From contig NC_002939.5 of assembly GCF_000007985.2 (NCBI RefSeq), positions 240,001-272,000 on the forward strand: DNA of 32,000 nt, read 5' to 3'. This document shows, piece after piece, positions 25,794 to 32,000 of the stretch (positions are counted from its first letter, which is position 1; the number at the start of each line of letters is the position of its first letter). Position numbers and translations under genes: made by a program. The notes beneath the pieces are model-generated. The model was not told the origin of the DNA. It saw only the letters and a program-made list of their open reading frames with translations, and searched no databases. This DNA comes from Geobacter sulfurreducens PCA. GTDB lineage: Bacteria > Desulfobacterota > Desulfuromonadia > Geobacterales > Geobacteraceae.

Positions 25794-26231
25794 ATGGGAA
25801 CAGCGGATTCAAGCGCCTCAAACAGTAACAAAGCATCCCAGAAGTTCATTGTCTGGCAGGACAGCTACAGTGTCGGCGTCCCGAAGCTCGATGGTCAACA
25901 CAAAAAGATCATTGATCTCATCAATGAGGTGTACGACTATCTGCAGGGCAGGACGGGGCTGCTCGATCTGGGCCGCATTCTCGATGACTTGTCCACCTAC
26001 ACCCAGAACCACTTCGCCGATGAGGAGCAACTCCTCCGCCTGGCAAAGTATCCCGAGTATGAGGAGCACAAGAAGCACCATGACTGGATGATGCAGCGTA
26101 CCCGCTCAATCCGCTCGGAGTACCGTGAAAAGCGCGAAGATCTCTCCTGGGAACTGATGGATTTCCTCAAGAAGTGGTGGTTGAGCCACATCCAGTCCAA
26201 CGACGCACGCTACGTCCCTTACGTGAAGTGA
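25794..26231 (+). CDS. Bacteriohemerythrin (hemerythrin-like metal-binding domain protein)
   Basis: Track ORF 25767..26231. I prefer the ATG at 25794, preceded by GGAAAGGGG. W-x-D-x-Y-S-V-G-V-x-x-L-D-x-Q-H-K, HFADEE, EHKKHH and WLSHIQSND supply the His/Glu/Asp di-iron ligand pattern. Confidence 0.85.
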   Translation: MGTADSSASNSNKASQKFIVWQDSYSVGVPKLDGQHKKIIDLINEVYDYLQGRTGLLDLGRILDDLSTYTQNHFADEEQLLRLAKYPEYEEHKKHHDWMMQRTRSIRSEYREKREDLSWELMDFLKKWWLSHIQSNDARYVPYVK

Positions 26232-26236
26232 CGCCG

Positions 26237-26263
26237 GGTTTCGGCGCAGACAGCGCCGAAACC
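26237..26263. terminator. Perfect 11-bp stem / 5-nt loop hairpin between the convergent hemerythrin and ABM genes
   Basis: GGTTTCGGCGC (26237..26247), loop AGACA, then GCGCCGAAACC (26253..26263). It starts 6 nt after the hemerythrin TGA. There is no clear U-tract on either strand, so its terminator function is uncertain. Confidence 0.4.
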
Positions 26264-26318
26264 ACGCATGACCCCTCCGGCCCAAACCCCACCACCTCAT
26301 CAAAAGCGTTGATACCCT

Positions 26319-26609
26319 TCAGGTGAGTTCCGACAGCCTGCGGACCGTCTTGCCGGCAATCATTCCCTCGACCGCGGCGAGGTATGCCCGGAAGTGGCCG
26401 GACCCCAGATGCCGTTCCAGGCAGGCCGGACTCTGCCAGTTCTCGTAGAAGATGAACAGGGCCGGGTCGTCCCCGTCCTGATGCAGCCGGTATTCAAGGC
26501 AGCCTTCCTCCTGACGGGTTTCCGACACCAGTTTCAGAAGTTCGACCCTGACCGCGTCGACCGCCTCTTCCCGTGCCCGTACTTCCGCTATTACCGTTAC
26601 CGTCGGCAT
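26319..26609 (-). CDS. ABM-domain (antibiotic biosynthesis monooxygenase / YgiN-like quinol monooxygenase) protein
   Basis: 96 aa. The pattern V-x-V-x-A-x-x-x-A ... CLEYRLHQDGDDPALFIFYENWQSPACLERHLGSGHF is the ferredoxin-like ABM fold signature. Confidence 0.8.
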   Translation of the reverse strand: MPTVTVIAEVRAREEAVDAVRVELLKLVSETRQEEGCLEYRLHQDGDDPALFIFYENWQSPACLERHLGSGHFRAYLAAVEGMIAGKTVRRLSELT

Positions 26610-26803
26610 GGCTGCCTCCTCTCGTGGGACTTTTTCCCGTGAACCCGTTCATAGGCCTTGCAGAAGGGGCAGATGTCCCGCTCCACATTCCGCACGAATT
26701 CAAAGACGACCCCTTGCTGGTGATAGCGGGCATGAAGGCAGACCGGGCACAATTCGCAGACCTTTGCGAGGGCCTTGTCCAGTGCGGAAACCTCAGGCGT
26801 CAT
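26597..26803 (-). CDS. Small cysteine-rich protein (C-x2-C-x2-C ... C-x2-C), hypothetical
   Basis: 68 aa: MTPEVSALDKALAKVCELCPVCLHARYHQQGVVFEFVRNVERDICPFCKAYERVHGKK... Its ATG overlaps the flavin reductase stop (ATGA). Its 3' end carries the GAGAGGAGG ribosome-binding site and overlaps the ABM start by 13 nt. This packing supports a translated ORF. Confidence 0.5.
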   Translation of the reverse strand: MTPEVSALDKALAKVCELCPVCLHARYHQQGVVFEFVRNVERDICPFCKAYERVHGKKSHERRQPCRR

Positions 26804-27369
26804 AGTAGCTTCTTCCCTGCGGAGAAGGCCTTGCCAACCAGTTGTCCGACCGCGTGATACCCCTTGTGGGCGGTGTCATAGACCAGCGGCCGGATTTTGA
26901 GGATGTCGGGGAGTCCGTCCTCGCCCAGGATGGCCTCGTCCGCCTTCACATCGACGATCTCGCCGATGAACTGGGTGTGCAGCCCCAGCTCTTGGGTATG
27001 CAGCAGCCGACACTCCAGCACCAGCGGAAACTCCTCCGCATAGGGTGCGTCCACGTATTCGCCGGCGACATGGGTCAGGCCGGCCACGGCAAATTTGTCG
27101 GCATCACGGCCTGAGGCGATGCCGACATAGTCCGCTTCCACCATTGTGGCTTCGTTGGCCACGCTAACCGTGAATGCTTTGCGCTGAACGATGTTGTCGT
27201 AGGTAAGCCGTGACGTGCGCACGGATACCGTAACGCACGGCGGGTCGGAGCAGCAGATGCCGCCCCAGGCCGCATTCATCAGGTTCGGCGTGCCTGTGGG
27301 GCCATAGGTTCCAACCATCAGGACGGGGGTCGGGACGAGCAGTGTTCTGGCACCGAGTGATTGTTTCAT
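26800..27369 (-). CDS. Flavin reductase-like FMN-binding split-barrel protein
   Basis: Track ORF 26800..27384. I prefer the ATG at 27369 (MKQSLGARTLL...), preceded by GGAGG. LVPTPVLMVGTYGPTGTPNLMNAAWGG and AFTVSV are typical of the Flavin_Reduct family. Confidence 0.8.
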   Translation of the reverse strand: MKQSLGARTLLVPTPVLMVGTYGPTGTPNLMNAAWGGICCSDPPCVTVSVRTSRLTYDNIVQRKAFTVSVANEATMVEADYVGIASGRDADKFAVAGLTHVAGEYVDAPYAEEFPLVLECRLLHTQELGLHTQFIGEIVDVKADEAILGEDGLPDILKIRPLVYDTAHKGYHAVGQLVGKAFSAGKKLL

Positions 27370-27575
27370 GGGACCTCCAGTCAAGGATTTCGGAAACGTT
27401 CGATTCGCTCTCCAACGGGCGACGCCGGGGGGACGAGTCCCGTTGCGGACAGAATATAACTCGGACCGGCAGCAACAAGGAATACTTTTTATCCGGACCG
27501 AAACCGCTCTGGTTACTCAGGGGAGAGTCGTTGCTCCGGGAGCGACAAGACCGGTTCCCTCCGGCGCTCGACCGT

Positions 27576-28043
27576 TCAGGCCGCTGGGTCCGGCTGATCG
27601 GGCGAGCGGCGTATGATCTCCACGGAGCAGGGCGCGTGAAGGGCAACGGCCAGGGATACGGAGCCGAGGAAAAAGCGCTTGAGCGCCCCGGATCCTTGGG
27701 AGCCGACAACGATCAGGTCCGCACACCATCGTTCGGCTTCGTCCAGAATGGCATTCTTGGGCCGGCCTTCCAGCAGCACGGGCGTGACGTGCAGGTCGGG
27801 TGCCCGTTGCTGCAGGGTTTCGGCCGCGTCCTTCAAGCGTTTGGCCGCATCCCACCCCTGTTGCTCGAAGATCTCGTCATAGGACAGGGGGATGTGTGAA
27901 GAGTTGCGCAAGGGGAGCGATTCCAGCGGGGAAAGCACGGTCACGATGCGGACTTCGCTTGCGGCCGGCCAGGGCCTGCGGCATACCTCTGCAACGGCAG
28001 CGTCGCTGCCCGGTGAACCATCTACTGCAAGAAGAATTCTCAT
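27576..28043 (-). CDS. Universal stress protein (UspA family)
   Basis: Track ORF 27576..28061. I prefer the ATG at 28043 (MRILLAVDGSPGSDAAV...), preceded by GGAGGG. The C-terminal ATP-binding motif is LIVVGSQGSGALKRFFLGSVS. Confidence 0.85.
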   Translation of the reverse strand: MRILLAVDGSPGSDAAVAEVCRRPWPAASEVRIVTVLSPLESLPLRNSSHIPLSYDEIFEQQGWDAAKRLKDAAETLQQRAPDLHVTPVLLEGRPKNAILDEAERWCADLIVVGSQGSGALKRFFLGSVSLAVALHAPCSVEIIRRSPDQPDPAA

Positions 28044-28103
28044 TCCGTTCCCTCCAGTCATAGTGCCGGGACATCTGTGTAATGTGCGGGGCTGGTTCCG
28101 GCG

Positions 28104-29870
28104 TTAGTGATCCGTGGCGAGCGGTGTTACGGCCGGCGTCCCTCCGAGGAGCTCCGACCGGACCCGCTCCCGTTCGCGGTCGATCTGCTCGGGCGTGGCG
28201 CCGAGTTTGTTGAGCATGTGCTCGGTCATGTTGAGCGCTATCTCGCCCTCTCCCGAGAACACCGCATCGGCCCCGGCGCGGCGCAGGGCCGGAATATCCC
28301 TCAGATAGGCCGCGCGGGCGATGATGCGCAGGTTGGGGTTGAGTTCCCGAGCCAGGCGGATGGCCTCGTCGCTTCCCTGCATCCCTGCCGAGGTCAGGAT
28401 GAAGGCAACAGCACTCTCCACCCCCGCCCCCTTCAGTGTTTCCTCGCGCGTGGCATCCCCGTAAATGGCCAATGTGCCGTCGGCGTTGAGCTGGCGGACC
28501 GTGTGCAGGTTCATCTCGATAATGACCGGGTCAATCCCGTTTTCACTGAGCAGACGGGCCAGGGTTCTGCCCGTGGGGCCGTATCCCACCACGATTGCCC
28601 TGTTCCGGGACGTGAGCACATGGCTGCCCGCGTCTTCGGCACTCCCTGTGGTGCGCGACTTCGCCCGTTCGTCGAGCATGCGCCAGAGGCGCCAATGTCG
28701 GGCTTTTTTCTCCAACGGCCCGATGAGCCGGTACAGCAGTGGGTTGAGGCTGATTGATATGATCGATGCGGCAACGAGGGTGTTGGCTCCCCCTTCGCCG
28801 AGGACGCCCAGGTCTTTGCCGACGGTGGCCAGGATGAACGAGAATTCCCCGATCTGCGCCAGGGCGACGGCAATGGACAGCGCAACGCGCGGCGCATAGC
28901 CGAGGACGAGAACGATCACCAGCGCGGCCAGCGGCTTGCCCACCAGGATGATCACGAGGGTGGCAAGTACGAGGCCGGGTTCCTCCATCAGGTATGTCGG
29001 GTTGAAGAGCATCCCCACCGAGACGAAAAAGAGGACCGCGAAGGCATCTCGCATCGGCAGCGCTTCCGATGCGGCCCGAAAGCTGAAATCGGACTGCCGG
29101 ACCACCATGCCTGCCAGAAATGCCCCGAGCGCCATGGACACGCCGAAGAGTTTGGCGGAGCCCACGGCAATCCCCAGGGCGAGCACCAGCACGGTCAAGG
29201 TGAACAGCTCCCGTGAGCGCGTGGCCGCCACGTGCCACAGGAGGCGGGGGATGAGGCGGCTTCCGACGAAGAAGGTCAGGGCGACGAGGAGGGCTATCTT
29301 GACCACGGAGAGCCCGATGGCGAGGGGGAGGCTGTCCGATCCGGCCACCCCGGAGCCGAAAAAGATGGGCAGGATCACCAGCAGGAAAACGGTGAAGATG
29401 TCTTCCACCACGAGCCAGCCCACGGCAATGTGGCCGGTGGGGGTATGCAGCTCATTGTTGTCCACCAGCACGCGGAGAAGCACGACCGTGCTCGCAACCG
29501 ACACGGCGAAGCCGAAGACGATACCCGCCGACCAACTCCAGCCGAGCCACCTGGCCAGCAGGCAACTCAGCAGTGTGGCCACGGCGCTCTGGCATACAGC
29601 GCCGGGAATGGCCACACGCCGCACGTCGAGCAGTTCTTTGACGTGAAACTGGAGCCCCACGCCGAACATCAGAAGGATGACGCCGATTTCGGCGAATTGT
29701 TCAGCCATCCCCAGGTCGGCGACGAACCCCGGCGTGTGGGTTCCGACGGCAATGCCCGCCAGAAGATATCCGACAATCGACGACATGCCCAGGCGATGGG
29801 TCAGATACCCCAGGAGCAGCGCCGCGGTGAAGCTCCCCGTGATGGTCATGATGAGTCCAAGATCGTGCAT
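28104..29870 (-). CDS. Kef-type monovalent cation:proton antiporter (CPA2 family, YbaL-like) with a C-terminal RCK/TrkA-N domain
   Basis: 588 aa. About 12 TM helices begin with SSIVGYLLAGIAVGTHTPGF...AEIGVILLMFGVGLQF. The C-terminal Rossmann motif is AIVVGYGPTGRTLARLL. Confidence 0.85.
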   Translation of the reverse strand: MHDLGLIMTITGSFTAALLLGYLTHRLGMSSIVGYLLAGIAVGTHTPGFVADLGMAEQFAEIGVILLMFGVGLQFHVKELLDVRRVAIPGAVCQSAVATLLSCLLARWLGWSWSAGIVFGFAVSVASTVVLLRVLVDNNELHTPTGHIAVGWLVVEDIFTVFLLVILPIFFGSGVAGSDSLPLAIGLSVVKIALLVALTFFVGSRLIPRLLWHVAATRSRELFTLTVLVLALGIAVGSAKLFGVSMALGAFLAGMVVRQSDFSFRAASEALPMRDAFAVLFFVSVGMLFNPTYLMEEPGLVLATLVIILVGKPLAALVIVLVLGYAPRVALSIAVALAQIGEFSFILATVGKDLGVLGEGGANTLVAASIISISLNPLLYRLIGPLEKKARHWRLWRMLDERAKSRTTGSAEDAGSHVLTSRNRAIVVGYGPTGRTLARLLSENGIDPVIIEMNLHTVRQLNADGTLAIYGDATREETLKGAGVESAVAFILTSAGMQGSDEAIRLARELNPNLRIIARAAYLRDIPALRRAGADAVFSGEGEIALNMTEHMLNKLGATPEQIDRERERVRSELLGGTPAVTPLATDH

Positions 29871-30281
29871 ATGTTCTTAATTCCTCCTCCCGGCGGACCG
29901 TCTGCCGGCGGCATGTGGGGCCGAAGCCGGTCGTGCCGGCCTAATTCGATGCGTTACGTCTGCCGTGCCCTGTCTGCCGTTCGAAACGGTTGGATTAGCC
30001 GCAAAACCGATGAACTGATGCCAAAGAATAATGACTGCACAAAGGGCAAAGGGACAAACGCGCAACGCGTCTCCGCCGCAGGTCTGGAGCTACGGGCGGC
30101 CATCGGCGCGGTGAGCGGCGTTATTGCAGAGTGCGGGGATTTCGATTGATGCTCCGGGCAAAGACCTTCGGCGGGGCCTGTGATGGTCCTCGCCCGGGTG
30201 CGGGGATCAGATCGAACATCTCGACCCTCTCTGCCAGAGAATTGTCGGCAATCGTAAGGGTGGCAGTTGGATGGTGTTGTG

Positions 30282-30623
30282 CTATGAAAGACTGCTGCGG
30301 GCGGGTGGGGCCCGGGTGAAAACGATCGATGCGGTAAGGGATGTCTGTGGGCGGGGGTCCTGATGGCCGTTCAAAAGGAAGGACACCGGGCTGTGAAACT
30401 CGAAGAGCCGCTGGCCGAGGACTACGATCTGGACATGCTTGAGGGTCGTCGAATGGGCCGTAGCGCTCTGTGACTTGCTGATGGCGCACTTCGGCTGGAG
30501 GGAGCCGCCATGCTCCAGAAAACCGGAGCTGGCGACCCCGTTGAGGGCGAGAACAACGAAGATCGTGGCGATCACCGCAATTCGCAGGGGTGTTCCCGAG
30601 AATTTTTTCAGCCCTGTTTGCAT
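30282..30623 (-). CDS. Hypothetical signal-anchored/exported protein; possibly truncated by a frameshift
   Basis: The ATG at 30623 gives MQTGLKKFSGTPLRIAVIATIFVVLALNGVASSG..., a hydrophobic N-terminus, and the third codon position is strongly G/C-biased as in the neighbouring genes. I recognise no family and see no clear ribosome-binding site. A moderately coding-like signal continues in another frame to 30121. Confidence 0.35.
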   Translation of the reverse strand: MQTGLKKFSGTPLRIAVIATIFVVLALNGVASSGFLEHGGSLQPKCAISKSQSATAHSTTLKHVQIVVLGQRLFEFHSPVSFLLNGHQDPRPQTSLTASIVFTRAPPARSSLS

Positions 30624-30800
30624 ATGAGGACCATAGTACATAGTTGCCGGCTGATACAAGTTAAAGTTATGCGCCAACTCTGCGGAGCGTCCCGCGCAGT
30701 CCCCGGAGGGAGTCTCTCCGCCCGCGTGTGAGGCCGGTCCGGCAGTGGTTGCTGTTGAGCCAGTCCTGATGGCGCCAGGGCACGTTCTCCGGGGAAGCGG

Positions 30801-31994
30801 TCAGTGGTCGACTTGGGCGCGAGGGATTCCGGCCACGGCGGCACACCAGCCCAGCAGCCCGCAGGCCGCCATGGCAGCGGTCATCGGCACCGCAGTTCCG
30901 TTGTGGAGCATCCCAACCAGAGCCCCCGCGCTTGCCCCCAGGGTGTACTGGATCGTTCCCAGAAGCGCCGATGCACTCCCTGCCGCCTTGTCGAAGGGGG
31001 CCATGGCGAGGGCCGTCACGTTGGGATAGAGAAATCCGGTCATGCAGAGGCACACGAACAGAAGGACGACCTGGGCCGGGAAGCCGCCCACCCCCGTGAA
31101 TCCCGCCACCGTGAGGAGCAGGGCCGCCGCTGCGTTGACGGTGAACGCGACGTTGAGAATCCGTTGGGCGCTGAAGCGTCGCAGGAGCCGGCGGTTCACC
31201 TGGGATGCGCCGATCAGGCCGAAGGCGTTGGCCCCGAAGAAAAGGCCGAACTGCTGGGGAGAGACGCCGTTCAGCTCGATGAAGACGAACGGGGAGCCTG
31301 AGATGTAGGAGAAGTTGACCCCGGCGACGCAGCCCAGGGCGATGGCATAGCGGAGGTAGCGGCGGTTGCGGAGCAGATGGCCGTAGATGGCGGCCATTTC
31401 GGCGACACCGCGCGTGCTCCGCCGTTCGGGCGGCAGCGACTCGGGAAGGCATGCCGCTGCCGCGGCGAGAGAGAGAATGCCGAAGATCCCCAGAAAACCG
31501 AAAATCCCCCGCCAGCCGGTGATCAGCAGGAGTTGTCCCCCCGCGATTGGGGCCAGGATCGGCGCGGCCCCCATGACCAGCATGAGAAGTGAAAACATCC
31601 TCGCCGCCTCGGCGGTGTCGTAGAGATCACGCACCACGGCGCGGGAGATCACCATGCCGGCCCCGCCTCCCAGCGCCATAACCACCCGCCAGAAGAGCAG
31701 CCCCTCCCCCGTGTGGACGGCGGCGCATCCGAAGGCTGCCGCCACATAGAGGGCCAGTCCCCCGAGGAGAGGGGTTCGCCTGCCCCACCGGTCGGCCAGC
31801 GGACCGTACACGAGCTGCCCCGCGGCCGAGCCGAACAGGAAGGCGGAGATGGAGAGCTGCACCGTTCCGAGTGGCACGCCGAGGTCCCGGGCGATCTGCG
31901 GGAAGGCGGGAAGGTACATGTCGATGGACATGGAGCTGAAAGCGGTCAGCGCACCCAGGATGAGGACCAGTCGCGCCAGTTCGCGCCGGGTCAT
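30801..31994 (-). CDS. MFS transporter, Bcr/CflA drug-resistance (DHA1) subfamily
   Basis: 397 aa. FSSMSIDMYLPAFPQIARDLG ... GPLADRWGRRTPLL (MFS motif A) ... VVRDLY is the characteristic Bcr/CflA N-terminal pattern, with 12 TM helices. Confidence 0.85.
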   Translation of the reverse strand: MTRRELARLVLILGALTAFSSMSIDMYLPAFPQIARDLGVPLGTVQLSISAFLFGSAAGQLVYGPLADRWGRRTPLLGGLALYVAAAFGCAAVHTGEGLLFWRVVMALGGGAGMVISRAVVRDLYDTAEAARMFSLLMLVMGAAPILAPIAGGQLLLITGWRGIFGFLGIFGILSLAAAAACLPESLPPERRSTRGVAEMAAIYGHLLRNRRYLRYAIALGCVAGVNFSYISGSPFVFIELNGVSPQQFGLFFGANAFGLIGASQVNRRLLRRFSAQRILNVAFTVNAAAALLLTVAGFTGVGGFPAQVVLLFVCLCMTGFLYPNVTALAMAPFDKAAGSASALLGTIQYTLGASAGALVGMLHNGTAVPMTAAMAACGLLGWCAAVAGIPRAQVDH

Positions 31995-32000
31995 GTCGGC

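Overview
This is a high-G+C bacterial chromosomal window. Its gene content looks like Geobacter/Desulfuromonadales (PAS-rich sensor kinases, bacteriohemerythrin, many radical-SAM genes), but that taxonomic guess is inference only. I support about 31 protein-coding genes (one of them, at 30.3-30.6 kb, only weakly), one probable pseudogene and one intact IS element. I saw no rRNA, tRNA or CRISPR. Many long ORFs in the supplied track are antisense or out-of-frame shadows typical of GC-rich DNA. Several real genes start at internal start codons of the track ORFs, and one real partial gene (1..775, minus strand) is missing from the track.

Layout:
- 0-4.8 kb: housekeeping-like genes (DUF4388 protein, YceH/DUF480, formate/nitrite-family channel, Tex).
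- 4.9-18.4 kb: the standout region, two divergently transcribed and almost gapless operons. They encode five radical-SAM enzymes (four with N-terminal B12-binding domains, two of which are paralogs on opposite strands, plus one with a partial SPASM/twitch motif). Alongside are a dedicated acyl carrier protein, a FabD-like acyltransferase, a hotdog thioesterase, a MaoC dehydratase, an LpxL/HtrB-type acyltransferase, a small GT2 glycosyltransferase, a NodB-type deacetylase and a DMT-type exporter. No ketosynthase is present. I read this as an uncharacterised pathway that tailors an ACP-bound acyl chain by radical chemistry and installs it on an amino-sugar glycolipid (lipid-A-like). This is a hypothesis.
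- 18.96-20.2 kb: an intact 1240-bp IS4-family element with 19-bp perfect inverted repeats and a 9-bp target-site duplication.
- 20.5-32 kb: a signalling and stress neighbourhood. It holds a PAS/GAF HisKA_3 kinase with a NarL-type regulator, an orphan PAS kinase, a hemerythrin, a flavin reductase / small Cys-rich protein / ABM monooxygenase operon, a Usp protein, a Kef-type antiporter and a Bcr/CflA MFS pump.
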